IMG/VR virus record: IMGVR_UViG_3300005613_004097
Span: 32,001-96,000 of that record
Length of the DNA: 64,000 nt
Origin: a virus
Direction: 5' to 3' (one strand)
The position numbers were made by a program, and so were the translations under genes. Below the pieces are notes generated by a model. The model was not told where the DNA came from. It searched no databases and saw only the letters and a list, made by a program, of their open reading frames with translations. Below are positions 49,501 to 58,633 of this stretch, in pieces; the stretch's first letter is position 1, and every line of letters begins with the position of its first letter.

Positions 49501-51741
49501 AATACAATATCATACCAGACAGGCGCTGCTTTGACCAAATTCGGAAATGGTTCATTCAGATCTGGTATTTGGGAAAATGGAGTTTGGAATGAAGGATGGC
49601 GCGATGATCAGACGGTTTTATATGCAGATGACCTTTTTGTTTTCCCTGGTGGTAAGAATCATGCATTCAGAACTGAACGGTCTGTTTGGACAATAAAATT
49701 GAATATATTGCGTGGTGGTGAAAGTCCAGCTTCAATAGAAGATACACTTTATCCATACCAAGTTGGTGATAGGGTTTCGGTTGGTAATGTGGTTGCAATA
49801 GATGTCAATGATAGGAGAAGATTGATCAGAAATTATATGACCATAACAGCGATAAATATCAATAACATCAATAATACGGCTGATATGACATTGACTTTCG
49901 AAACAACATTCCCTATAAGAAGAATTGAAAAAGATTCAGAAGAACACATAATTCATATTTCAAAGAATGTTTGGTTGAATGGTGTTTTCTTGAATGGTAA
50001 ATTCTTGAATGGTGTTTGGTCAAATGGTCTGTTCCAAGGATTCCCTTATGTCACTGAGATGGAGGATTCTCAATGGATAGATGGTCAGTTCAAAGGTGGG
50101 GCTTTCCGTGGATTCACTGCAAGCTATGTTAATTCACAATCTGATAATATTGAATATCATACTGGTGTGATACAGAAATTCGTGTTCTCAGATGAGAATG
50201 TTTCATATCAGCCTAAAAAATTCAAATTCAATTCATGGATCGATGTGAATTACTTTGAAGACTCTGGTGTGAATATCAATAAGATAAATGAAACATATGC
50301 TCAGACACCATTGAATTTCACTACTGATTTCATTGAGAATAACTTCTATGGATATCCAACCAAAGATGTACTCGAATCAGTATCAAGTATAAGAAATGGA
50401 TTTGATCTGAACTCAAGAACATACAAACTTGGTTGGAAGTTCAAGGAATATCAAGATTGGATACCGTATAGAGAAGACCAAGACCAATTCACAGAGATAA
50501 ATGATCTGAGATATTTCAATAATCCACCAGAATTCCCAGTTCAAGGTCTTACTGATATTAGCTCATATTCTCCAACTTTAGGAGTGGAACCAATCAACAA
50601 TCAGACATTTAACTTTCCAAATGGTGTTGTGATAGATTCATATGGTATTGGTAATCTTACAGATAATGGTTGGATATTCAAATATGGTTCAAACTTTTTA
50701 ACACAATCAGGTAGCACATCACTATATGGTCAAGGATTCAGTGATGTTGGACTTGGACTTTGGGTGATATTTTATGCACTGACAGGAGGTGTGTTGGATT
50801 TCACACAACTTGACTTTTTAGTTAATGGCAACTATTTGAATCCGGTCGGTAACCGTATCAGATCAAATTATTTCCCAATTGCACCTCCAACATTGGAAAT
50901 GGAAAGAAAATTGATAATCGGTGGTGGAAAAGCCGAGGTTGGTAGTGGAACTGATGATAAAACGAATTTCACACTTGATTACATAGACAATTCAAATGTA
51001 GAGATGGATCGTCTGAGATACTCTTTCGTTGAAATAACAGGACAACACTACACATTCACACAATCAAGTGTGATATCAAATCCAATTGTATTCTATAATA
51101 ATTATCCGGCCACATACTCAGCGGTTGTTAGTAGTATAAACTTCAATGGGTCTCAGATATCTGTTCCTGTGAATCAGATAAGAAGTGAGACTTTCAACAA
51201 ACAAAGAGAATACTTCTTCAATAAGAAAGGACTTGAAATGACAATATTCTCAGGATCGAATCCATCGACAGATGGTAGATATCAATTAGGATTTGATTCA
51301 ATAAGAGTTGTTGAGACAGATATGATACCATTCTTCCTTTTTGCAACAGATTGTATCCAAAGAGTAAATTTCACAACTTGGGGAGAAGCTGATATAAATT
51401 GGGAGGTTGCTGAGCTTGATCCACCCGGTGATATTGAATTCTTACCATCATCAGGAATTCCGACTTGGGATAATTTCTATCTGTTCCAATCCAGCACTGC
51501 AGATTGTATATCATATGTGAATCAGGATGTTCAGGTTCCTTATATAGGAAAGGCGCCTGATATAGATTTTTCAAATCAGAATTTTGATTATGTGAGTTCT
51601 GCAAACATACAGACAGTAGAGATACAATCAACTCAATTGTCAGGAACATCGCCGATAGAGATCATAAGTGAATTCTCACAGATCCAGACACCACAGGTCA
51701 TTGATGATGTTATATCAATAAGTTACGCAAGAAGAGTTTAA
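43501..51741 (+). CDS. giant virion protein with [WF]xxGxF pentapeptide repeats (beta-helix) and CBM-like inserts
   Basis: About 2746 aa; many WxxGxFxxGxF blocks; LINGDFE module; TTATATATA 43485-43493. Confidence 0.65.
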   Translation: MKLPNRLAINTIYKGLNGLNDDQFNILNDSISASPQNVVKLDTKKILKESTDRTFSVRLMKWVEPYNIGGIEYSLFYTEVDHNLKVGDRVFIIGGYYDSDDILENSTDPYFAGVDGYRVLYVDRTKIVLDIEYVGIDPTNEEPIDNFIKVYVASTQYEFDYFLQALSMRDDNGNIESKFLQGYNNFLYLNGQFTINNPGDYNGLLSFLLEDLSTPNTAGNGFFIRNNSELEEITSDVLSNTNITAYLNTGYNDPLSGFFNILKIRVMNGRFFAGSTEWKRDFIYYYNATHQKWMVDRSYTPTILTKSNFRGGLFHSGEFNQGLYGHYDERLDYDGTDIKWTLGTTLNVNWKAGTLGSDHYFKDSNFTVFDRTGLPQIRANAENNGGAGYNYVFDTDFEGGDVINGNIFNLSTFYGTMSSESALDNYYTGTQTTYSVTLSGGVYYNSDILFADISNVTLISSYVVNSIIRNSKAVNSEIVATAFLNSLYLGDNVIKIQAYEESNILWYDVDTPLTPGVNYKMYKFYVTESSFLRLRELQYFYFKDIIVNLPNTDLLNFFDDKFQIGHWTQTFDTIGQKQGRQVLVQLSTKEENRNSPGQITTETDLQPNFDNTLPSIDVFIAGGEDFNFASASTYPRPFIAETVDITNAYILEGDFVSGLFKDSIWVSGNYINYNKDYHFEQDSGLYQGQSSFGPHEIDTTSNLLKIKTPLAFRPNIIGTQSYESNIVYINSVYYDSTLNTSDPGQNLVRMPDTFRILSANDISPTQRDFVLQDVSTQSTLSGFNSVTNGGNYFTSRQARNRYNYIHPVKFENSQIRSGLFRGAYFENCTFTNFDFDVLDKDLEKVIEKRNFLVSDVILDDNSNSINSGIFQYSHFLAGSDQWNSAIFHKGIWSESTFTYSFSPSFSTIFTREPSKFKNGVFRESEWQDGIFENGIFYKNRSNQAGTSQVLSGTTPVYYADTLDTKWSWQQGTFENGDFEKSNFETGTFEDGNFFNSDFLTGEATGGNFGKKNIPFDRSRVWTGTFSNVNVINAEFRTEYPEGTYQTSSIVWNSGIFNSGIFGVQMNGLSPQYVPATFQLSNTWYDGTFNGGDFTDVAEWKSGIFNGGRFRSFYWYEGQTPYELSLATGGSFSWQSGKFNNGEFGRADRATNSTWFSGEFNGGKFNGRYWRDGVFTRGNFEGHAASFSTDIDNYNDFIASYTTEYYGYWQTGWVSEVKDKFLKDQKIWTEVVRESTKKRKRKTVEFKDMLWYSGTFSHTDGDMINSVWLDGSHQKGLFYESVFNPYINLALPIFIDSQPSQNWVITGSVSSGQNGSILVQNISTLDLIDVLQPGVEYTFNIYVNENTTGSDVLLSDGTIFAPDLHQGFYQGNFISQFADFGFSTGPGTFSFSDLVLYPGTVSGFRTTDSCIWENGKAFSSDFYFSKWKQGKFSSYANSPQGNAWGLIFQDGISDYMNAYNVFWGKGIWKNGNWNGSPFNKRLSPICEDVLINGDFETDDSGTGNGGSNWQVTNDPDVQTFIQNGILETTFGAAGTSTIVQDSVLNSGTTYNVSITVQSNSNVSVNAGETGNWAIQSSVGQTGFITGTFTAGGSDFEILLETTITPVSWFDGTITGPNGTIPVPPSSALFNGYYDISPYDPDPSTGTSYGQYGCLTYNPPPGLVILDPQDFIWSIDNMTIPPSIVNNFDANSSQYCGVYQNVNQNFLQVGSYRVQYNGDVSGSQANIVILDVQVTICNTNDQLVYPGFSSDIINNIASYATQSEYQDWESIHMNHTFTLNVPLEILDDPELDNGFGSGGSVTASLPLNWIPSPNSTPYPTYNNFQNTWNVLSTIPTSSIFTNSTDFVTILNAVDGQFIFNDIGLYEIEIDYFVVVGQTINSGPVDVNIQIIAGDTQNNGIDQTITETVNLNQELVGSLVPINSYYGVSPQKTATFTYNSLQPFTDDRAKLRIRKQTTDPNTFLFITNISVKSSLSEYDEPTNNELWQPSNWTPSIGATISLPNTISYQTGAALTKFGNGSFRSGIWENGVWNEGWRDDQTVLYADDLFVFPGGKNHAFRTERSVWTIKLNILRGGESPASIEDTLYPYQVGDRVSVGNVVAIDVNDRRRLIRNYMTITAININNINNTADMTLTFETTFPIRRIEKDSEEHIIHISKNVWLNGVFLNGKFLNGVWSNGLFQGFPYVTEMEDSQWIDGQFKGGAFRGFTASYVNSQSDNIEYHTGVIQKFVFSDENVSYQPKKFKFNSWIDVNYFEDSGVNINKINETYAQTPLNFTTDFIENNFYGYPTKDVLESVSSIRNGFDLNSRTYKLGWKFKEYQDWIPYREDQDQFTEINDLRYFNNPPEFPVQGLTDISSYSPTLGVEPINNQTFNFPNGVVIDSYGIGNLTDNGWIFKYGSNFLTQSGSTSLYGQGFSDVGLGLWVIFYALTGGVLDFTQLDFLVNGNYLNPVGNRIRSNYFPIAPPTLEMERKLIIGGGKAEVGSGTDDKTNFTLDYIDNSNVEMDRLRYSFVEITGQHYTFTQSSVISNPIVFYNNYPATYSAVVSSINFNGSQISVPVNQIRSETFNKQREYFFNKKGLEMTIFSGSNPSTDGRYQLGFDSIRVVETDMIPFFLFATDCIQRVNFTTWGEADINWEVAELDPPGDIEFLPSSGIPTWDNFYLFQSSTADCISYVNQDVQVPYIGKAPDIDFSNQNFDYVSSANIQTVEIQSTQLSGTSPIEIISEFSQIQTPQVIDDVISISYARRV

Positions 51742-51751
51742 TATATATCAT

Positions 51752-53149
51752 ATGGCACTTGACTTGACAAATGAATATATTGCACTGACCTTTCAAAGGC
51801 TCTTACAGATAGATCCAAATGAGGCGGCAGCAGGGTTCAAACCTTTTTCTCTTTCAAATGCAATAAACTCTGATTCTGCTACTCTTATAAATGGTGTTGG
51901 TGAGAAGATAAATGGTGTTGTGATAGAGCAGTTTGATCAGGCAGGATTGTTTTTAAAGAATACAAGTGATGTATTTCAGATATATTCCGGTGAGGATTTT
52001 TATGGAAATCAAGGTATATCAATATCAAAATACGATCCGACACAACCAGTAACAACTGGTATATTCGTGAAAGATAATGGTGACCTTGTGGTAGGATTTC
52101 CATTTCCTCAATCTTTTTCATATTACTCACTTTATGTTGATAAGGGAATTCATATCATAAGCCAAAATGGAAAATCCATATTGAAAGGTAAAGGATTCAC
52201 CTCATCAAATCCATATCAAGAATCATCAGAAATAAGATTTTATGCCAAGAATGTGAGAGATTTAAGTTACACATCAACATCTGGAAGTATTGGTCAAGGA
52301 ATATCAGAGTTAGTTGCAACGCCTGGTGGTGTTGGGTTGTTATCTGGTCTGAGTTATCAAGATTATCCACTAAGGGTAGAAATAGTTATAGCGGATTTAG
52401 TTGCCGGAATGCAAATAGATTTTTACTTTCAAATACGAACTTTACCCGATCTTACTAATGCTCTTGAGGTAGTAGATATATTTTATGAAGTTACACTTGC
52501 AGATGCACAGAATCCTGCTACTTTCAAAACAAATTTTGAAACTTTTTTTAACAACGAAGTGAGTAACGCTACAGCAGTAGTTGATATAAATTCAAATGAA
52601 ATCATCGTTACTTTAAGTGGTAATAGAGTAATACCAGGACCACCAAGTCCCCCTTATCCACATATTTGGCAATTAATAAATCCTTCACCAACCGGCAATA
52701 ATCAAAGTGGGGTTCAAGTAGTTGTTGATCTTGATAAGGATATCATGGACTCAGGAATATTCAAAAGGATTGATACTAATGGTAATGTAAAATGTTCTAT
52801 GATATGGAGAAGAGTCGGTAATGTGATTCATGTGACTGGTTATAGACAGCCAATAAGTTATGCTACCGGTGATGTTGATGCAGTTGAGTTATTACCTGTT
52901 GTGCCACAAAGTCATGTCGATGATGGAAGTGATGTTTATAATTCTTTGTTTGGTAATGGTGTTCTCAGAGATGGAGATGATGCAAGTAATCCAGTTCCTA
53001 TAATATGTAAGGCAAACGATCAGAGTGGAACTATTGCAAGTCAAAATTGTGCTGTTCAATTTTTCGAATATGATGATCTATCTAATCCGATAAAGGATGT
53101 AGGTGAAGGTGACATAAGATTTTCATTTTCTTATGATCTGAAAAATTAA
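51752..53149 (+). CDS. tail fibre/receptor-binding-like protein, paralog 1
   Basis: DLT...I..TF..LLQ, W.RVGNVI, FSFSY; late motif 51739-51747. Confidence 0.6.
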   Translation: MALDLTNEYIALTFQRLLQIDPNEAAAGFKPFSLSNAINSDSATLINGVGEKINGVVIEQFDQAGLFLKNTSDVFQIYSGEDFYGNQGISISKYDPTQPVTTGIFVKDNGDLVVGFPFPQSFSYYSLYVDKGIHIISQNGKSILKGKGFTSSNPYQESSEIRFYAKNVRDLSYTSTSGSIGQGISELVATPGGVGLLSGLSYQDYPLRVEIVIADLVAGMQIDFYFQIRTLPDLTNALEVVDIFYEVTLADAQNPATFKTNFETFFNNEVSNATAVVDINSNEIIVTLSGNRVIPGPPSPPYPHIWQLINPSPTGNNQSGVQVVVDLDKDIMDSGIFKRIDTNGNVKCSMIWRRVGNVIHVTGYRQPISYATGDVDAVELLPVVPQSHVDDGSDVYNSLFGNGVLRDGDDASNPVPIICKANDQSGTIASQNCAVQFFEYDDLSNPIKDVGEGDIRFSFSYDLKN

Positions 53150-53159
53150 TATATAACAC

Positions 53160-54104
53160 ATGTCATCAAGCTTTTCAGGGAAATTTGTTCCTAATACATA
53201 TGTGAATTTACTTCAAACAGGCCAGAATAACCAAGTGCAAGGTCAGATATCCTTCACTGATCCAAATGGTGATACACACACGGTGGTTGATGCATTCGGT
53301 AGAAAAGTTCAAGGTGTTGTAATAGACCAAGGTAATAATGCTGATGGTGGTCTATTGTTCAAACAATCAACAACAAATTTAAGGGGATTGAATGTTAAAA
53401 GTGAAATGGATATTACAAATCAAGGACTTAGATTTTTGAAATACACATCAACTGAAAATACAAATTTGTTCTTGGATGAAAAGGGACTTGTTGTTGGACA
53501 AGATTATGATCCAACAGGTACGTTTCCCAATTTTTCAAATACTTATGAATCTAACATAAAATTATATACAAAGAGAGGTGTATATCTAAGATTCTCAAAT
53601 CAAGTTGGTAATCTGAAATCTGATCAGCATTTGGTGATATCAGCAGAGAATGATACTCAAATAAATGACACAGTTAATGTAATAAATTTGCGTGATGAGA
53701 ATGTGATTTCATCAGGTGTTCAAATATACGAGAATAATGCGTTTGAAAAATATTTTGTTTGTATATGGTCAAGGTCTGGAAATGTCATAACTTGTGATGT
53801 TTGGATTAATCATGAAAAAACTATTGGTGGAAATCAGATATTACCTTTGCCTGTTTATCTAACAAGCCAAATAACAGACAATCAATTTGGTTCATTTGGA
53901 TTTATCGGGCACGGTGTAAACTTCAGTGGAGGCCAAGGTAATAATGGTCAAATTCTTTCACAGGCAGTTGAATTTAAGTCCAGAGCAAATAACAGAGAAT
54001 TCGAAGTAACAAATACTGGCCACACAAACAGTGGAGCACCGAATTTTAATAATGTTATTTTTCATGGTATAACAAGAGGTAGATTCTCATACAAATTAAA
54101 TTAA
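53160..54104 (+). CDS. tail fibre/receptor-binding-like protein, paralog 2
   Basis: TY..LLQ, GVVIDQ..GG, WSRSGNVITC, FSY; late motif 53147-53155. Confidence 0.6.
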   Translation: MSSSFSGKFVPNTYVNLLQTGQNNQVQGQISFTDPNGDTHTVVDAFGRKVQGVVIDQGNNADGGLLFKQSTTNLRGLNVKSEMDITNQGLRFLKYTSTENTNLFLDEKGLVVGQDYDPTGTFPNFSNTYESNIKLYTKRGVYLRFSNQVGNLKSDQHLVISAENDTQINDTVNVINLRDENVISSGVQIYENNAFEKYFVCIWSRSGNVITCDVWINHEKTIGGNQILPLPVYLTSQITDNQFGSFGFIGHGVNFSGGQGNNGQILSQAVEFKSRANNREFEVTNTGHTNSGAPNFNNVIFHGITRGRFSYKLN

Positions 54105-54108
54105 GAAA

Positions 54109-55032
54109 ATGGCAGATCTAACTGGAAATAACATATCACAAACATTCGAAAAGTTGATTCAGATCGATACATCTGTGCCGATCACTGGTGATTATATATT
54201 CAATTTGAATCAGGCTCGCACAACAGATGAATTTACTTTGTTGAACGGTGAAGGCGATCGACATCTTGGAATAGTAATAGACCAATCAGACAATGATGAT
54301 GGAGGAATATTTATTAAAAATAATGATACAATAGGAATTCAAAATCTTGGTAATGAATTAAAATTCACAAAGAATAATAATCAGATCGCCTTTTTAAGAA
54401 ATACCGGAACACTACATATAACAGATGATCAAAGTGTGCAAGATAATTCTGACTATTTTTTATACATAAAGGGTGGTATGTTATTGAATGGTGATTCTAA
54501 ATTTATTGTCTCTGATGGTTTCACAGAAACAAATATACAAAGATTGAGAATAGATGCAAGAAATCATTTTTTCACAGAGAACCAACCATATGAGTTTGAA
54601 GATCAAGATTCTGCCATGGTTGATAAAAGTCAGGATATATTCATATCTGGTAGGTATGTTGACGAGGGAATAGAAATAATTTGGCAAAGATCTGGTTCTG
54701 TTGTTACATGTAACGGTAGAATAGACCATGATATTGCTCCGCAAAATGATAGCAATTCAGTTCCTTCAAATAATCCTTCATACAATATAGGATATCCATT
54801 ACCTTGTCGATCAGATCAAACTACTGAACAGTATTATGTGTCTGGTAGTCCAAACCTTGCGCCTGGACTCATTGGTAACGGAACTCATACAGATAAGGGT
54901 GAGATAATAGTGATACCTGAACCTCAAGGGGAGGAATTTCAACTGAGATGGTGGAATAGTAGTCAGGAACTTGAAGCTGATCTATTCAGTGGTATATCCT
55001 ATTTCAGTTTTTCTTATCGATTTGTTTTTTGA
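54109..55032 (+). CDS. tail fibre/receptor-binding-like protein, paralog 3
   Basis: DLT..ISQTF..LIQ, GIVIDQ..GG, WQRSGSVVTC, FSFSY. Confidence 0.6.
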   Translation: MADLTGNNISQTFEKLIQIDTSVPITGDYIFNLNQARTTDEFTLLNGEGDRHLGIVIDQSDNDDGGIFIKNNDTIGIQNLGNELKFTKNNNQIAFLRNTGTLHITDDQSVQDNSDYFLYIKGGMLLNGDSKFIVSDGFTETNIQRLRIDARNHFFTENQPYEFEDQDSAMVDKSQDIFISGRYVDEGIEIIWQRSGSVVTCNGRIDHDIAPQNDSNSVPSNNPSYNIGYPLPCRSDQTTEQYYVSGSPNLAPGLIGNGTHTDKGEIIVIPEPQGEEFQLRWWNSSQELEADLFSGISYFSFSYRFVF

Positions 55033-55735
55033 TGATAACCAACGAACCACTTCGTGTAGTATCATAATATGAAATATGACCCATTGATTTTATAACGGTT
55101 TCTTCACCTTCAAGTTTTATATCCTTCACACGTTGTTTTCCTAAGATTCTCCTTTCACCATCACATGTTTTACAAGGATTCAATCCAACCTTTCCTTTTC
55201 CCTTACAGAAACCACATTCATTGCCTCTGAAATCTTTACCAGATCCATCGCAAAAATCACATCCTTCGTCACCATCAAAATATTTAACTTCACCTCGATC
55301 GTTCTTGATTGCGATCCTTGTTGAGTTATCTTTACCGGTTCCTTGACATTTCTTACACATGACATATCTTGCAAATTCCAATGTTCCATCGAAATTGCCA
55401 CCATCAACTTCAATTATGATATCAAGAACCTCCTTTTCTTTGAACTTCTGATACTTTGATTTTTCAGAGACATGATCAAAATCAATGTCTATATTGAAGA
55501 ATTCAATGAATTCGTTGTAATTTGCACCATACCTTGACTTTTTATCATACGCTTCTCTGTCATTTGTGAGTGTCTTATATGCCTGACAGATATCATCGAA
55601 TACCTTTTCATCACCTCCTTTATCAGGATGATGTTTCATGCTGAGTGCATAATATTGTTTCTTTATCTGTTTTGTATCGGCATCCTTTTCTATTTGAAGT
55701 ATGCCATAGTAGTTCTTATTGAGATTCATTTTCAA
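55004..55735 (-). CDS. dnaJ: DnaJ-like co-chaperone (J domain plus zinc finger, short C-terminus)
   Basis: YY.IL, HHPDK, four CxxCxGxG-type repeats. Confidence 0.92.
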   Translation of the reverse strand: MKMNLNKNYYGILQIEKDADTKQIKKQYYALSMKHHPDKGGDEKVFDDICQAYKTLTNDREAYDKKSRYGANYNEFIEFFNIDIDFDHVSEKSKYQKFKEKEVLDIIIEVDGGNFDGTLEFARYVMCKKCQGTGKDNSTRIAIKNDRGEVKYFDGDEGCDFCDGSGKDFRGNECGFCKGKGKVGLNPCKTCDGERRILGKQRVKDIKLEGEETVIKSMGHISYYDTTRSGSLVIIKKQIDKKN

Positions 55736-56111
55736 AATAGTTAATTATTGCCTCGATTGATTTCTGTCGTTGTATCTCAAAGTTTCCCATTTCTTCAAGT
55801 GTGAGTTCAAATCCTAATCGATCTTTCACAAAATGTACATCCAACCAATTGGGATCTGTCATAAGTGATATGAGACATTCAGAGAATGAAACAAGTTTAT
55901 CATATCCATGATGTTTGTCAGCGCATCCACCATCTTCGAACATTTTTCGTTTTATCTCATCTCTCAGATCTCTTTCATCTGGGTTCATATCCTCGTAAAA
56001 GTTTGATGACCAACTATCGAATATGAGAGCATCTGCTCTCAGATAGTCATCAATGTTATGAATATTGTCTATGATGTGTTGTTTTGTTATGAATCTTTTA
56101 TGAAATCCCAT
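55716..56111 (-). CDS. hypothetical protein
   Basis: 131 aa, MGFHKRFI start, coupled. Confidence 0.7.
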   Translation of the reverse strand: MGFHKRFITKQHIIDNIHNIDDYLRADALIFDSWSSNFYEDMNPDERDLRDEIKRKMFEDGGCADKHHGYDKLVSFSECLISLMTDPNWLDVHFVKDRLGFELTLEEMGNFEIQRQKSIEAIINYFENESQ

Positions 56112-56295
56112 CGTTTTTGAATTTTTTCTCTACATGAATTGCATGTCGCTTTTGATTTCTTTTCTTTATAGAAGGCTTTTCAAACTCTTTCCTTTTTCTG
56201 AGTTCTTTTTTCATACCTGTTCTATCAAATTTTCGTTTGAGTTCTTTCAAAGCTTTCTCGATACTTCCTGAACTTGTGACATCTATTATTATCAT
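56098..56295 (-). CDS. rpsU: ribosomal protein bS21 (Bacteroidota type)
   Basis: IEKALK..KRKF...G...ELR.R..FEKPS..KR. Confidence 0.92.
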   Translation of the reverse strand: MIIIDVTSSGSIEKALKELKRKFDRTGMKKELRKRKEFEKPSIKKRNQKRHAIHVEKKFKNDGIS

Positions 56296-56606
56296 AGTAT
56301 TTTCTTTAATTTTAGTTTTCTCAATACCTTTTTTTTCTCAGCCGCATCCATCGTGCAGAATTTCTCGAAACTCATATCTATACCCATGATCTCAAATGCA
56401 AACTCAATATAATCTTTCATAAGTTCCATATCACTCGATACGGTCCATATTTGATTGTTCCAGTTCGGATTTGTTCCAGTGGTCGTTATAGTACTGGGAT
56501 ATCCCCATATGTTTGAACATCCATTCGGGTAATTTCCAAGGGTTGAACATGCTCCAAATTGATTGGTATGTGCTGCTTGTTTTGTTGATGTGCTTAAAAG
56601 TGACAT
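56292..56606 (-). CDS. hypothetical protein with C-terminal RxxKLxxIL motif
   Basis: T/S/N-rich N-half, ends RKLKLKKIL. Confidence 0.7.
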   Translation of the reverse strand: MSLLSTSTKQAAHTNQFGACSTLGNYPNGCSNIWGYPSTITTTGTNPNWNNQIWTVSSDMELMKDYIEFAFEIMGIDMSFEKFCTMDAAEKKKVLRKLKLKKIL

Positions 56607-56890
56607 AATAGTTTCTTTAATTTTTCTGCTCTTTTGAATTTGAGTGTATCAAATTGAAATATTGGCATGCCATCTGCTCTGCTCTTACCTCTGTATCTCA
56701 ATTTAAGTATATATTTATCCAACGATATCATCTCCTGTTTTTTATGTTCTGTTTGGTTCCAACTAACACCATCGAAATCATGTGAAATATCGGGAATCAC
56801 TCGATCGATTTTATCTTTATCAAATCGGATATTATAATACTGGTTTTCGATCCAATCACCTTTTTCTTTATATATGAATGTAATTATCAT
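56594..56890 (-). CDS. hypothetical protein with C-terminal RxxKLxxLL motif
   Basis: Ends RAEKLKKLLCHF. Confidence 0.65.
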   Translation of the reverse strand: MIITFIYKEKGDWIENQYYNIRFDKDKIDRVIPDISHDFDGVSWNQTEHKKQEMISLDKYILKLRYRGKSRADGMPIFQFDTLKFKRAEKLKKLLCHF

Positions 56891-58584
56891 TGTTCAAATT
56901 CGATTTCATTTATTGTTGTGAAAATGTTCTTATCGATCTGTATTATTCTATCGAAGTATTCATTGTTCATAATGGCATGATGCACAACAAAAATATTTAT
57001 ATTGTAATCATTTGCAAACGATTTCAGTAATATCAGTATCTCCTGTATTCCTCTCAGGTCGATCGATGAGAATATCTCATCAAGGAAAAGAATGTTGATA
57101 TGTTTTTTTGTTCGTATCATTTTAAGGTATGCAATGAGTATTGCAATGTTTATTCTTCTTGTTTCACCGGTACTGAGCGTATCAGGTTCAATTTCATTAC
57201 CAAGTTGTAATATTTTTGCAGTGAACGAATCATCCAACCTGACCTCAAAATTCAACCCCATTTTCTTGATGTTCTCTTTAATGAAAACATTTATTGGTTT
57301 GACTATTGATCTGATTATTGACCTTTTAACACCTTCTTCTGAAAAAACATTTGCAAGTTCATTGTAATAAAGTTGCTTTTCTTTTTCCAATGTGATGTGT
57401 TCCTGTGATGTTTCTTTTTTCTCACTGAGTTCCTTTATGGACTCTTTGAACTCTTCAACATCGACCGAGTTTTTTTCATTCAATATCCTTTGTTTTTCAA
57501 TTTTCTCAATGTCTATCTTACACTGTTTAAGAAAATAAGTGACATCATTATAAGCTTTATTTGCTTTCAATGATATTTCATTGAGTTTTCTCTGTTTTTC
57601 CTTTACATTATTGATATTCGATTCGACCTCATCTTTGAGTTGATTTGTCTTGCTGAGCTTTTCAACCAATGTTTGTCTGAGTGAAATAAAGTGTTCCGAA
57701 TCAAATGAAGTTGTGCAAGTAGGACACTTTCCTGAATCATAAAGTGCAATCTCCTTTTCTGTCTTTTTCACATCCTGACCAAGTATGATGTATTGTTTTT
57801 TCTCATCATCTATCTGTTGTTTAAGTTCATTCTCCTTTTGCTTTATCTTTTCCACTTTCGATTTTAGTTCAGTGTATTCGGATTTTTTTTCTTGCATCGA
57901 TTTTTTTATCTTCTCGATCTCGTTATCACTGTCAACTATTTTTCTGGCCTTTGATCGTTCTATTGACCTGTTTATCGAATCGATCGAACTTTCAAGTGTG
58001 TCCATTTCACTTTGAAGTGATGCCATTCTCATTTTATTGTTCTTGACAAGCTCTTTCAATATCTTACTCATGATATTGATCACTTCAAGATTGAATAATT
58101 TATCAAGTAATAGTTTTTTCTCTTCAGCGGTCAGTGATATGAAATTTTTAAAGTCATTGATCGACATTGAGATGAATGATTTGAATGTCTCTATATCAAG
58201 TCCTACATAATCTTCGATCACGGTGTTGATATTTGACTTACCAGCTCTATCGTTCAGAACTCCGTTCTCATAAAGTTCCAATTTATTTGGTGATATGCCT
58301 CGTTTGATCTCTACATCGGTTGAGTTTGAGATGAATTTTATCCTTGTGAGTAGTTCATTGTTGATCCTGTTGGGTAATGTTGATAATTTTGCCCACTTTT
58401 TGACCTTTGCGGACTTTACTTTTCCGTAGAGTGTAAATTCAAAAGTTTCAATTAGGGCCGATTTACCATTCCCATTTTCTCCGCTCAGTAGTATTAACTG
58501 ACCTTTTTCGGTATTGAGTTTTAAAGTTTGTTCGTTATTTCCAAAAGATTTGTATCCTTTTATACCTATTTCATTGATAATCAT
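56887..58584 (-). CDS. Rad50/SbcC/T4 gp46-like recombination ATPase
   Basis: GENGNGKS, CPTC zinc hook, LSTGE signature, LFLDE, coiled coils. Confidence 0.93.
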   Translation of the reverse strand: MIINEIGIKGYKSFGNNEQTLKLNTEKGQLILLSGENGNGKSALIETFEFTLYGKVKSAKVKKWAKLSTLPNRINNELLTRIKFISNSTDVEIKRGISPNKLELYENGVLNDRAGKSNINTVIEDYVGLDIETFKSFISMSINDFKNFISLTAEEKKLLLDKLFNLEVINIMSKILKELVKNNKMRMASLQSEMDTLESSIDSINRSIERSKARKIVDSDNEIEKIKKSMQEKKSEYTELKSKVEKIKQKENELKQQIDDEKKQYIILGQDVKKTEKEIALYDSGKCPTCTTSFDSEHFISLRQTLVEKLSKTNQLKDEVESNINNVKEKQRKLNEISLKANKAYNDVTYFLKQCKIDIEKIEKQRILNEKNSVDVEEFKESIKELSEKKETSQEHITLEKEKQLYYNELANVFSEEGVKRSIIRSIVKPINVFIKENIKKMGLNFEVRLDDSFTAKILQLGNEIEPDTLSTGETRRINIAILIAYLKMIRTKKHINILFLDEIFSSIDLRGIQEILILLKSFANDYNINIFVVHHAIMNNEYFDRIIQIDKNIFTTINEIEFEQ

Positions 58585-58605
58585 ATAATTAAGATGATTT
58601 TTAAC

Positions 58606-58633
58606 TTATATGATGTTGGGTAAATTAAGTTTA
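58606..58633 (-). promoter_or_regulatory. TAAAC-N18-TATAA promoter
   Basis: Exact motif and spacing. Confidence 0.65.

Noticed and set aside
51752-55032. Diversity-generating retroelement or invertible tail-fibre cassette
   Set aside because: No reverse transcriptase, recombinase, template/variable repeat pair or inverted repeats seen
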